From: Candidatus Eiseniibacteriota bacterium
GTDB lineage: Bacteria > Eisenbacteria > RBG-16-71-46 > SZUA-252
Reading direction: 5' to 3'
NCBI GenBank assembly: GCA_031370645.1
Contig: JANMQV010000175.1
Location: forward strand, 1 to 31,266
DNA: 31,266 nucleotides
Position numbers and translations under genes: made by a program. The notes below the pieces were generated by a model, which worked only from the letters and a program-made list of their open reading frames with translations, ran no database searches and was not told the DNA's origin. Of this stretch, positions 10,345 through 18,791 are shown piece after piece. Position 1 is the stretch's first letter. Each line of letters starts with the position of its first letter.

Positions 10345-11505
10345 CTAAGCGTGAACCTCGATCGCCGCGCTCTGCCCACTTCGCTGGGCGGCCATGTGCG
10401 CGACGAATTCGCGGAAGAGGTAGCGACTGTCGTGCGGGCCGGGGCTCGCCTCGGGGTGGTATTGCACCGCGAAGAGCGGGAGTTCCCGGTGGGCGAACCC
10501 CTCGACCGTGCCGTCGTTCAGATTGAGATGTGTCAGTTCATGCTCCGGCCGGTCGAAGAGCGAAGGGTCGAGGGAGAATCCGTGATTCTGCGCGGTGATC
10601 TCCACCTGACCGGTCCGGAGATTTCGGACCGGATGGTTGGCGCCGCGGTGCCCGAACTTGAGCTTGTACGTCCGGCCGCCGCAGGCGAGACCGAGGATCT
10701 GATGCCCGAGGCAGATGCCGAAGAGCGGGAGAGGCTCCGGGGCGCGCATCAATTCCTGCGCGGCTCGGATCGCATAGCCGCACGCTTCCGGATCGCCGGG
10801 ACCGTTCGAGAGAAAAATCCCATCGGGACGGCGCCCGAGAACGTCCGCGGCGCTCGTTCCGCCCGGGACCACGGTCACGTCGCAGCCGGAGCGGGCCAGG
10901 AGACGGAGGATGTTCCGCTTGATCCCGAAGTCGTAGGCGACCACCCGGAAGGGGTGCGCGGTCGAGTCGGGCGTCGGCGTTCCGCCGTAGGAATAGGCGG
11001 TGGCGCAGGTAACGGCTTGCGCCAAGTCGGCACCGACCATCGAAGGAGAGCGTCGTGCGCGTTCGGCCAGGGCGGCGGGATCGTCTGACTCCGTGGAGAT
11101 GATGCCCCGCATCGCACCCCGCGACCGGAGATGGCGCGTCAGGGCGCGGGTGTCGATCTCGGCGATGCCGAGGACGCCCGCCTTCTCGAGATAATCGTTC
11201 AACTCGCCGGTCGAGCGCCACGAAGAGGCCCGGGTGGCGATTTCACGAACCACGAACCCGGCCACCTGGGGCCGCGCCGACTCGGCGTCTTCCAGATTCA
11301 CCCCATAGTTCCCGACATGGGGGTAGGTCATGGTGACGATCTGGCCGTGGTAGGAGGGGTCGGTTAGGACCTCCTGGTAGCCGCAAAGGGCCGTGTTGAA
11401 TACCACTTCCCCCGTCGTCTCCCCCCGGCGCCCAAACCCGCGACCCACAAAAAAAGTGCCGTCCTCGAGGGCGAGGATGGCACGCGGATTCTCGGGCGTC
11501 GTCAA
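10345..11505 (-). CDS. carA: Carbamoyl-phosphate synthase small subunit
   Basis: 'GEVVFNT...GYQEVLTDPSY', 'LSNGPGDP', 'GICLGHQ', 'QYHPEASPGPHD'; GGAGG before TTG start. Confidence 0.99.
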   Translation of the reverse strand: MTTPENPRAILALEDGTFFVGRGFGRRGETTGEVVFNTALCGYQEVLTDPSYHGQIVTMTYPHVGNYGVNLEDAESARPQVAGFVVREIATRASSWRSTGELNDYLEKAGVLGIAEIDTRALTRHLRSRGAMRGIISTESDDPAALAERARRSPSMVGADLAQAVTCATAYSYGGTPTPDSTAHPFRVVAYDFGIKRNILRLLARSGCDVTVVPGGTSAADVLGRRPDGIFLSNGPGDPEACGYAIRAAQELMRAPEPLPLFGICLGHQILGLACGGRTYKLKFGHRGANHPVRNLRTGQVEITAQNHGFSLDPSLFDRPEHELTHLNLNDGTVEGFAHRELPLFAVQYHPEASPGPHDSRYLFREFVAHMAAQRSGQSAAIEVHA

Positions 11506-11608
11506 CGGCGTCCCTCCGTGGGCTGTCAGTAGTATCTCGGTCTCAACGGGTTTAGGCTACTTGCGGGGTCACGTCAAGGATTCTTCCTCGACCTCCCGGG
11601 AGGATACC

Positions 11609-12049
11609 ATGGGCCGTGTCTCGGACATTCTCCGTTCGAAGGGTTGCCACATCTACTCCATCGGTAGTGAAGCGAGCGTCTATGACGCGGTGAAGGAAAT
11701 GGTCAAGCACAACGTCGGCTCGCTCCTCGTGCTCGATGGCGACGGCGTCAAAGGGATCATCACGGAGCGCGACTACCTTCGCGAGATCGTCCTTCACGGC
11801 CGAACCTCCAAGACGACTCAGGTTCGAGAGATCATGACGACCGAGGTGGTCGCCGTGGAATCGACACGTCCCATCGAGGAGTGCATGGCGATCATGTCGG
11901 AACGACGGATCCGGCATCTTCCCGTTGTCGACGAGGGAGCGCTCGTCGGCCTCGTCTCGATCGGCGATTTGGTCAAACAGATCGCGGACGACCGCGAAGT
12001 CGAGATCCGGTATCTCACGGAGTACATCACCGGGCGATACCCGGCCTAG
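11609..12049 (+). CDS. CBS-domain pair protein
   Basis: GGAGG then ATG11609; 'GIITERDY', 'IRHLPVVD', '[10 protein letters not shown]', 'YI.G' tail. Confidence 0.92.
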   Translation: MGRVSDILRSKGCHIYSIGSEASVYDAVKEMVKHNVGSLLVLDGDGVKGIITERDYLREIVLHGRTSKTTQVREIMTTEVVAVESTRPIEECMAIMSERRIRHLPVVDEGALVGLVSIGDLVKQIADDREVEIRYLTEYITGRYPA

Positions 12050-12177
12050 CGAACGCGGCCCCGAAACGGAAGTCACAATTCCGGCTCCCTCCCCGTATTG
12101 ACTCGTGCAGGGGTCGAACCGATGGAACACCCTGGCTCTCGCCCCGGACCCCGGCGGGCATTCTCTCAGGAGGGATC

Positions 12178-12741
12178 ATGAGTCGACGCACCCACTTCGC
12201 CGTCGCCCTGCTCGTCACGGCCCTTGCGGCCGCCCTCGCTTTCGGTGGAGAAGCGACCGCCCGCGGCAAGGCTCACTCGAAAGCCGCCGCCGCCGCGTCG
12301 TCGCGGGTCAGACTCTATTCCGTCGATCGAAAGGAGTACGTCATGGTGGAAAAGGTGGTGAAGCCAGAAGCGGAGTGGAAGAAGGTCCTCACACCCGAGC
12401 AGTTCAAAGTCACCCGGCTCGCCGGCACGGAGCGGGCCTTCACCGGAATCTACTGGGATCATCACGACCGCGGCACCTATCGCTGCATCGGCTGCGGCAC
12501 CGACCTCTTCGCCTCCGACACGAAGTTCGATTCGGGAACCGGTTGGCCGTCGTTCTGGAAGCCGATCGCGAAGGAAAATGTGGCCGAGCACGCGGACCCC
12601 TCCACGTTCGGGATGGGCGCGGAGATCCGGTGCAGCAGGTGCGACGCGCACTTGGGACACGTGTTCTCCGACGGGCCGAAGCCCACGGGTCTTCGGTACT
12701 GCATCAATTCCGCGGCATTGAAGTTCGAAGACTCGAAGTAA
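12178..12741 (+). CDS. msrB: Peptide-methionine (R)-S-oxide reductase with N-terminal signal peptide
   Basis: AGGAGG then ATG12178; 'GTERAFTG', CxxC pairs CIGC/CSRC, '[10 protein letters not shown]', '[10 protein letters not shown]', 'RYCINSAAL'. Confidence 0.96.
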   Translation: MSRRTHFAVALLVTALAAALAFGGEATARGKAHSKAAAAASSRVRLYSVDRKEYVMVEKVVKPEAEWKKVLTPEQFKVTRLAGTERAFTGIYWDHHDRGTYRCIGCGTDLFASDTKFDSGTGWPSFWKPIAKENVAEHADPSTFGMGAEIRCSRCDAHLGHVFSDGPKPTGLRYCINSAALKFEDSK

Positions 12742-12879
12742 TCCCTCTTCCCCGCTCGGTCATTCCCCCTCTTCGCCTTTCGTAGCGTGGGCGGCGGGAT
12801 GCGTCGGGATTACCCTTAGTAGTAGAGGCACTGATGCGGAGCGGCCGCGCGGTTCCGGCGTTCGAAACGGGGGTGAACC

Positions 12880-13314
12880 ATGAAAGTCGTGATCGGAGTC
12901 GATGATTCGTCCTTCTCGAAGGCGGCAATCGAACATGTGAAAGCGGCGAGCTGGCCGGCGGGAACGGAGTTTCTCGTGATTTCGGCATCGGCGCCGGTGT
13001 TCGTCGGCCCGGGCGAGGCGGCCGCACCTGGCGCGATCGCGGAGATCATCGAGCAGCAGGAGCGATTCCATCGCGAAGTCGCCGAGAAGGCCGCGGCGAC
13101 ATTGAAGGCGGCGGGCTTGAAGGTCTCGGCCAAGATGGTGCCGACCGACCCTCGGGGCGCCCTCGTGGATGCCGCGAAGCGTCTCCCCGCCGACCTCGTG
13201 GTCGTCGGTTCTCACGGCCGCTCCGGACTCTCGAAGTTGCTCCTGGGAAGCGTGGCCACGCACGTCGTGACGCATGCCCCCTGCAACGTTTTGGTGGTGA
13301 AGCTCCGCGCGTAG
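12880..13314 (+). CDS. Universal stress protein (UspA family)
   Basis: 'VVIGVDDS', 'DLVVVGSHGRSGLSKLLLGSVATHVVTHAPCNVLVV'. Confidence 0.95.
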   Translation: MKVVIGVDDSSFSKAAIEHVKAASWPAGTEFLVISASAPVFVGPGEAAAPGAIAEIIEQQERFHREVAEKAAATLKAAGLKVSAKMVPTDPRGALVDAAKRLPADLVVVGSHGRSGLSKLLLGSVATHVVTHAPCNVLVVKLRA

Positions 13315-13329
13315 CGGCTTGGCGTCAGC

Positions 13330-14616
13330 TCACCCTGAGGCGGCGGTGCCGGATGGCCCCGGTGCCGGCGGCGGGGTGTTCCCTCGCCGCTCCTCCGGCG
13401 GAGGGAGCCGCCGGAATGCCGCGTAGAGCAGGATGTCGTAAACGATCTTGAGCGAGGCGCCGGCGATGAGCGGCGCTCCGAGCGTCGTCCCCGCCATGGC
13501 CGCGCCGGCGAAACCGGGCGCGATCGCCCACCCTCCCAGACGCACGAGCGAGGTGACCCCCGATGCGATCGTCCGCTCGTGCGGCGCCACGACCGCCATC
13601 ACATACGACTGGCGAGTCGGCACGTCCATCTCCACCAAGCCCTCCCGGAGAAGAAAGAGTCCCGCCGCGATCGGGAACGTCGGCGCGAAGGGGACGGTGA
13701 GAAGGAGAAGGCTCGAGGGGATGTGCGTGAAGACCATTGTATTCACGAGGCCGATCCGCTTCGCGAGCCACGCGGCCCCGATGTGGGAGCCGGCGTTCAG
13801 CACGCGCGCCCCGAAAAAGAGGAGGCCCATTCCCTGCTCCTCCACTCCGAACCGGGCGTAGAAGAAGTAGGCGAGGAGCGCCGAGACAAGGAATCCCCCC
13901 CCGATCGCGTCGAGCGCGAAGAGCGCCGAGATCCGGGTGATCACCTTCCGCGATTCGGCGGAGAGCGCGGGCCCACGCGCTGTGGGCACCTCCACCGCGG
14001 GAGAGAGGCGCCGATAGAGGAAGAAGGTGCCAAAGAGGAGAAGCGAGTAGAGGCCCACGGCCGCCCGCAGCGAGTCTCCCTCCGAAAGCGGCGCCACGCT
14101 CCGAAAGAGCGCGGGAACTCCCGCCAAGAGCGCGCCGAACGCATGCCCCGCATCCTGAACGACGTTGTACGCCGCGAAGGCCGCGGTCCGCCCCTGATCG
14201 CTCGCGGTCGCGGGGAGCACGGCTTGGTCGAGAATCGACGAGGCGCCGCGATCGCGGCCCATGCCGTTCAGCATTCCGACGAACGCGGCGAGCGCCACGA
14301 CCATCTCGCCGCTTGCGAGCGCCACGGCGGCCCCGCCCGCCGCTCCGAGAAGCGCGAGCGCGAGCAGCGCACGGCGGCGGCCGAATCGATCGCCCGCCCA
14401 GGTGACGAGAACCCCGGCGGCCGCCGCCCCCGCGAGCCCCGCCGAAACCACGATGCCGATCGCACCTGGGGCGAAGCCGTGCTTCGCCAGGTGGATTCCG
14501 ATCAGGACACCGATCATCCCCGTGGCGAGCGCGCGGCCGAACGCACCGGCCAGAATGATCCGGCGATCGGTTAGAAACGGGGTTCGCGGAACGTCGCGCG
14601 GTGGAACTTCAGGCAT
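13330..14616 (-). CDS. MFS transporter
   Basis: Motif A 'GDRFGRRRAL'; 'MDVPTRQSYVMAVV'; about 12 TM segments. Confidence 0.9.
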   Translation of the reverse strand: MPEVPPRDVPRTPFLTDRRIILAGAFGRALATGMIGVLIGIHLAKHGFAPGAIGIVVSAGLAGAAAAGVLVTWAGDRFGRRRALLALALLGAAGGAAVALASGEMVVALAAFVGMLNGMGRDRGASSILDQAVLPATASDQGRTAAFAAYNVVQDAGHAFGALLAGVPALFRSVAPLSEGDSLRAAVGLYSLLLFGTFFLYRRLSPAVEVPTARGPALSAESRKVITRISALFALDAIGGGFLVSALLAYFFYARFGVEEQGMGLLFFGARVLNAGSHIGAAWLAKRIGLVNTMVFTHIPSSLLLLTVPFAPTFPIAAGLFLLREGLVEMDVPTRQSYVMAVVAPHERTIASGVTSLVRLGGWAIAPGFAGAAMAGTTLGAPLIAGASLKIVYDILLYAAFRRLPPPEERRGNTPPPAPGPSGTAASG

Positions 14617-14634
14617 GTCGCCCGGCTCGCCTCG

Positions 14635-15639
14635 CTACGACGCGACGCGCGAGATGATGAGGTAGGTGAGCGCCGCCGTGGCGGCCGAGGCGGGTATCGT
14701 GAGAATCCATGCCCAGACGATACGCCCGGCGATGCCCCAGCGCACGGCCGAAAGGCGGCGCGTGGCGCCGACACCAACGATGGCGCCGGTGATCGTGTGC
14801 GTCGTGGAGACGGGGATGCCGAAATGCGTGGCGACGAAGAGGCTCGTGGCTCCCGCGGTCTCGGCGCAGAAGCCTCCGAACGGGCGGAGGTTCGTGATCT
14901 TCGACCCGAGCGTGTGGACGATGCGCCACCCCCCCGACATGGTCCCGAGTCCGATCGCCACGCCGCAGGCTACGGCGACCCAGCCGGGGACGTAGAAGTG
15001 GTCGATCCGGCCGTTGCTGTACAGCAGGAGCGCGATGATTCCCATCGTCTTCTGCGCGTCGTTTCCGCCGTGCCCCAGCGAGTAGAGCGCGGCGGAGACG
15101 AGCTGGAGCCGCCGGAAGAGCTTGTCCACTTTCCCCGGTGGCGTTTTTCGAAACGTCCACGAAGCCGCGATCGTGTAGATCCATGCGAGCCCCAGGCCCA
15201 CCAACGGCGCGATGACGATGAAGGCCGCCACCTTGATGAGACCGGGGAGGATCACGGCCCCGTATCCATTTCCCGCCACCGCTCCGCCGACGAGTCCGCC
15301 GATCAGGGCGTGGGACGAGGACGTGGGAAGGCCGAGCCACCAGGTGACGAGATTCCAGAGGACGGCGCCGACCAGGGCGGAGAAGAGGACGTGATTGCTC
15401 ACCGCTTCGGTGACGATGATCCCCTTCCCCACCGTCTTGGCCACCGCCACGCCGAGAATGAAGACTGCGATGAAATTGAAGAAGCCGGCCCAGAGGACGG
15501 CGAAACCGGGGGTGAGAACGCGGGTGGAGACGACGGTCGCGATGGAATTGGCGGCGTCGTGGAATCCGTTCAGGAAATCGAATGCGAGAGCGAGGCCGAT
15601 GATCAGCCAGAGATAGAGGGTCGCGGAATCGCCGTGCAC
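14635..15639 (-). CDS. pit: Inorganic phosphate transporter, PiT family
   Basis: 'NGFHDAANSIAT', 'GLPTSSSHA', 'HGGNDAQK', 'GIPVSTTH'; GTG15639 follows GAGGGAG. Confidence 0.95.
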   Translation of the reverse strand: MHGDSATLYLWLIIGLALAFDFLNGFHDAANSIATVVSTRVLTPGFAVLWAGFFNFIAVFILGVAVAKTVGKGIIVTEAVSNHVLFSALVGAVLWNLVTWWLGLPTSSSHALIGGLVGGAVAGNGYGAVILPGLIKVAAFIVIAPLVGLGLAWIYTIAASWTFRKTPPGKVDKLFRRLQLVSAALYSLGHGGNDAQKTMGIIALLLYSNGRIDHFYVPGWVAVACGVAIGLGTMSGGWRIVHTLGSKITNLRPFGGFCAETAGATSLFVATHFGIPVSTTHTITGAIVGVGATRRLSAVRWGIAGRIVWAWILTIPASAATAALTYLIISRVAS

Positions 15640-15647
15640 CAGCTCCC

Positions 15648-16262
15648 TCAGTTGTTCTTGACGACGATGCCTTCGAGGATGTTCGCCACGTCCTCGCAGT
15701 CGTCGGTCGTGGCCTCGAGACGCCCGTAGAGCTCCTTCCACTTGATCAGCTCGCGGAAGTCGGCGGCGTCATCGAACAGTCGCGCCGTGCTGGCGCGGGA
15801 AATGTGGTCGGCTTCGTTCTCGAGCTGATTGATCTGCACGCAGTATTCGTGGATGCGCTTGAAGTCTCGCAGGTGCCGCACCGCCTCGTGGATCGCTCCG
15901 CACGCCTTCTCGATGATCGAGATCAAGTGAACCGTCTCGGGCGTGATCTTCTCGATCCTGAATAGCGCGAAGCGGCTCGACACGCCTTCGATGTTGTCGA
16001 GCACGTCGTCAAGCGCGCTCGCCAGGGCGTGGATGTCTTCCCGGTCGAACGGCGTGATGAACGTTCGGTTTAGGTTGTCGATGATGGAGTGCGTGATGCT
16101 GTCGCCGCGGCTCTCGAGTTCTTTGATGTGCTGGGCCTTCTCGGCGACGCGCTCGTAGTTGTGCGCCATCTCCTGGAGCGCGCGCGCGGCTTCCAGAACA
16201 GTCGCGGCCTGCGTTTCGAAGAGGTCGAAGAACTTCGGCTCGACGGGCAAGAGTCTCAACAC
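15648..16262 (-). CDS. DUF47 / PhoU-like phosphate transport regulator
   Basis: 'LNRTFITPFDREDIHAL', 'LENEAD', 'IKWKELY..LE...D.CEDVANILEGIVVK'; typical upstream partner of pit. Confidence 0.93.
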   Translation of the reverse strand: MLRLLPVEPKFFDLFETQAATVLEAARALQEMAHNYERVAEKAQHIKELESRGDSITHSIIDNLNRTFITPFDREDIHALASALDDVLDNIEGVSSRFALFRIEKITPETVHLISIIEKACGAIHEAVRHLRDFKRIHEYCVQINQLENEADHISRASTARLFDDAADFRELIKWKELYGRLEATTDDCEDVANILEGIVVKNN

Positions 16263-16270
16263 GGCGGCGC

Positions 16271-16276
16271 AGTGTA
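16271..16276 (-). promoter_or_regulatory. -10 element (TACACT) 8 nt before GTG16262; candidate leaderless promoter of the DUF47-pit-MFS unit
   Basis: TANNNT hexamer; no SD before the GTG. Confidence 0.45.
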
Positions 16277-16327
16277 ACGAGGAAGTTCCGAAACTTCTAC
16301 TCCCGAGGCGGCTCCGCGCGCCCGCCA

Positions 16328-16383
16328 GCCTGTCACGTGCCGCCTGTCATCCTGGCAGTCCTAACCCCCGCCAAATTCGGCAG
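16328..16383 (+). promoter_or_regulatory. Candidate upstream activator sequences for a sigma-54 enhancer-binding protein
   Basis: GCCTGTCA repeated at 16328 and 16342; imperfect dyads CTGTCA-N3-TGGCAG (16344-16358) and GCCAAATTCGGC (16370-16381); about 75-130 bp upstream of the -24 box. Confidence 0.4.
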
Positions 16384-16402
16384 CCCACAATTGAACTGAA
16401 GG

Positions 16403-16426
16403 CTAAGCACTTACCACTAAGCACTT
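16403..16426 (+). repeat. 10-bp direct repeat CTAAGCACTT x2; IHF-like TAA-N4-TT cores between the UAS and the sigma-54 promoter
   Basis: Exact copies at 16403-16412 and 16417-16426 in an AT-richer stretch. Confidence 0.55.
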
Positions 16427-16456
16427 TGTGTGGCTATTAGCGACATTTTTCACGAG

Positions 16457-16472
16457 TGGTATGGTGCTTGCT
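16457..16472 (+). promoter_or_regulatory. Sigma-54 (RpoN) -24/-12 promoter of the cytochrome operon
   Basis: TGGTATG-GTGC-TTGCT matches TGGCACG-N4-TTGCW with exact GG-N10-GC spacing. Confidence 0.75.
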
Positions 16473-16611
16473 GACTCAAGTGGCTGATCAAATGCCGTCG
16501 CCCGAGTCGGTTACACCTCCCAGACCGATGGGTGTATCGCCCGGTAGACCGAAGGCCACCTTGGTAGAAGTGCCTGTAAGCCCGACGATTGGATCGAGGA
16601 GAAAGAGACCG

Positions 16612-17586
16612 ATGACCCGTCGCCATCAGAACAGAGCCCGCATCGTCGCCACCTCCTCGATTGCTGCCCTTCTCGCCCTCTCGATTCCCTTCCAGCCCTC
16701 TCGCGCCTCGGTGGTCGCACCGGAGCTGGTGCTGAGCGGCTTCTCCGCCGACGCGACGTTCAAGGTTCCGCGCGCAGTCGCACTCGACACCGCTCACGGC
16801 GAGATTTTGGTCGGGAACACTGGCGCCCACACGATTGAAGTCTTCTCGCTCGCGGGACGTCCGCTCGCACGCTACGTCCACCGGGTGGAACGCCGGGACG
16901 GCGCTTGGGTCGACGGCGAACCGACCGCGTTGGCGGTCGACTCGGCGGGGCGAATTCTGGTGATCGACGCCGCGGCGGGCTATGTCGATGTCCTCGACGG
17001 CCTCGGCCGCGCCTACGCGCGCCTGCAGCCGCCGCTCCCCAAAGGGAACCACGGACCGGGCGCGGTGACCGTGCTACGGAGCGGCGAAATTCTCGTCGGG
17101 ATGTCGGGTGAAACTGGCCGGGTCTATCGCTTCACGCGCGAATACGCGCAGTCCGGGTCGTGGGGCGAGGCCGGCCGGACGCCCGGTCACGTTCGGAATG
17201 TCCGCGGGCTGGCGGAGGAGCCGGACGGCTCGATCCTCGTCCTCTGCCCCGACACCGATCTCGCGGTGCAGCGGTACTCCCCCGCCGGCGCCTACCTCGG
17301 CGGCTTCGGCCGGCACGAGATCGGCGAAGGAAACTTCTCCTTCCCGTCAGGAATCGCCGTCACCGCGGACGGACGACTCTATGTGACCGACGAGTTGAGG
17401 CATCTCGTGGTGGTGCTCGACGCAACGGGGCGGCAACTCGACGTCATCAGTGGCGGCGATGCCGGTCTCGGACTCTTTCAATATCCAAGCGCCCTCGCTA
17501 GCGACGGACAGGGCCGGCTAGCCGTCATCGAACGAGGGTCCGCTCGTTTGCAGCTCCTGCGTCTCGCAGGAAACAATCCGGAATGA
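16612..17586 (+). CDS. Secreted NHL-repeat beta-propeller protein
   Basis: GAGGAG then ATG16612; signal peptide ending 'SRA'; repeats 'FKVPRAVALD', 'PTALAVDSAGRILVID', 'FSFPSGIAVTADGRLYVTD', 'FQYPSALASDGQGRLAV'. Confidence 0.88.
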   Translation: MTRRHQNRARIVATSSIAALLALSIPFQPSRASVVAPELVLSGFSADATFKVPRAVALDTAHGEILVGNTGAHTIEVFSLAGRPLARYVHRVERRDGAWVDGEPTALAVDSAGRILVIDAAAGYVDVLDGLGRAYARLQPPLPKGNHGPGAVTVLRSGEILVGMSGETGRVYRFTREYAQSGSWGEAGRTPGHVRNVRGLAEEPDGSILVLCPDTDLAVQRYSPAGAYLGGFGRHEIGEGNFSFPSGIAVTADGRLYVTDELRHLVVVLDATGRQLDVISGGDAGLGLFQYPSALASDGQGRLAVIERGSARLQLLRLAGNNPE

Positions 17587-17597
17587 AGCGTAACACG

Positions 17598-17646
17598 GAG
17601 GTGGGAAGGCCCATCCGCGATACCACCTCGCACGAAACTCGGATGG
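17598..17646 (+). promoter_or_regulatory. Candidate H-type pseudoknot or switchable RNA structure at the RBS of the OmcS-like gene
   Basis: GAGGTGG(17598-17604)/CCACCTC(17623-17629) and CCATCCG(17611-17617)/CGGATGG(17640-17646): two perfect crossing 7-bp helices. Confidence 0.4.
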
Positions 17647-17660
17647 AGGGAGGCTTCCTC

Positions 17661-18665
17661 ATGAAACGCTTCGCGATCGTAGGTGCAGGGTGCCTGCTGG
17701 CGTTCGCGGCCACGGCAACCGCCGGCGATTTTCACACCGGCGCGAGCCTTGTCTGTAGCGACTGCCATGTGGCGCACTACAGCCAGTCGCACGATTACGG
17801 CGGCTCGGCTTCCGAATTCGTTCCGCTCGGCGCGGGCGGACCGTTCACGCATCTCCTCCGCAACGAGGTGAACGAGTTGTGCTTGACCTGTCATGACGGC
17901 GAGCCTGGGGTGCCCGATGTGTTCGGGTCCAACGCCTTCAACACGAATCGGCTCGCGGGCGGCCTGAACGCGGCCGCCGGACATCGTAGCAATGACACGA
18001 ACTTCGACGACCCGGACGGCCACACGCTTTGGTCCACGGCGACGGCGCCGGGCGGCACGTTCTCGCACGCTACCGACGGCCTCGAGTGCACCGACTGCCA
18101 CGCGCAGCACGGCAGCGCGACCCAGTACCGCAACTTGCTCAATCGCGGGATCTTCACGGGCAAGAACCTCACGTACGCCATCACGACGAACGATCTCACG
18201 AAGGACGTCTACGAACGCTCGCCGGCATCGTACAATGTCGCAGACGTCGACTATAACGAACCGAACACGAACGCCAGCGCCTATGCGAACTGGTGCAAGT
18301 CGTGCCACACCGATTTCCACGGCGCGAGCGGCGGCCCCGAGGTCGGCGGACAGAGCAACGGCGGCACCGGGTGGGATCGGCATCCCCAGGCGGACGTCAA
18401 TATCGGCCAGAACGCGACCTTCATCTCGAGTCTCTCCGTGTTCAACAGCCGCACGAATCACGTGAAGGTGATGGACTCGCAGGGCCTCTGGAACGGGACG
18501 ACGGCGGACAACACCGTGACGCCGACGTGCTTCTCGTGTCACAAGTCACACGGTAACCAGAACAGCTTCGCCTTGATCTTCATGAAGGGCACCGGAACCG
18601 TGACGGAAGAGGGCGATGGCGGCGCGTACAAGGACCTGTGCAAGCAGTGCCACATCCAGGGCTAA
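17661..18665 (+). CDS. Hexaheme c-type cytochrome, OmcS-like (nanowire subunit candidate)
   Basis: Strong SD; Sec signal ending 'ATA'; 6 CXXCH (CSDCH, CLTCH, CTDCH, CKSCH, CFSCH, CKQCH); OmcS-like landmarks FH-x6-CxxCH-xx-H, GH...TAPGGT, YR.L, WCxxCHTD.H, RHP, terminal LCxxCH. Confidence 0.85.
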   Translation: MKRFAIVGAGCLLAFAATATAGDFHTGASLVCSDCHVAHYSQSHDYGGSASEFVPLGAGGPFTHLLRNEVNELCLTCHDGEPGVPDVFGSNAFNTNRLAGGLNAAAGHRSNDTNFDDPDGHTLWSTATAPGGTFSHATDGLECTDCHAQHGSATQYRNLLNRGIFTGKNLTYAITTNDLTKDVYERSPASYNVADVDYNEPNTNASAYANWCKSCHTDFHGASGGPEVGGQSNGGTGWDRHPQADVNIGQNATFISSLSVFNSRTNHVKVMDSQGLWNGTTADNTVTPTCFSCHKSHGNQNSFALIFMKGTGTVTEEGDGGAYKDLCKQCHIQG

Positions 18666-18680
18666 TCTCCTAGCTTCACC

Positions 18681-18723
18681 CCGGCTCGGCCGGCCCCTCC
18701 GGGGGCCGGCCGTCCGGTTATTT
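18681..18723 (+). terminator. GC-rich hairpin after the OmcS-like gene (partial terminator or 3' stabiliser)
   Basis: CGGCCGGCCCC-TCCG-GGGGCCGGCCG (18687-18712), extended by CCGG/CCGG and followed by TTATTT. Confidence 0.65.
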
Positions 18724-18791
18724 GAGCGCTTCGCACCACACACGGATGTCTTCAGTCCCTCGCGTCGCGGCGAAGGGGACGGCGGTGCAGA

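Noticed and set aside
16263-17660. GEMM-I (c-di-GMP/cGAMP) riboswitch as found upstream of Geobacter omcS
   Set aside because: I could not find the GNRA-loop/receptor P2-P3 consensus by eye in either intergenic region; an Infernal scan is needed to exclude it fully
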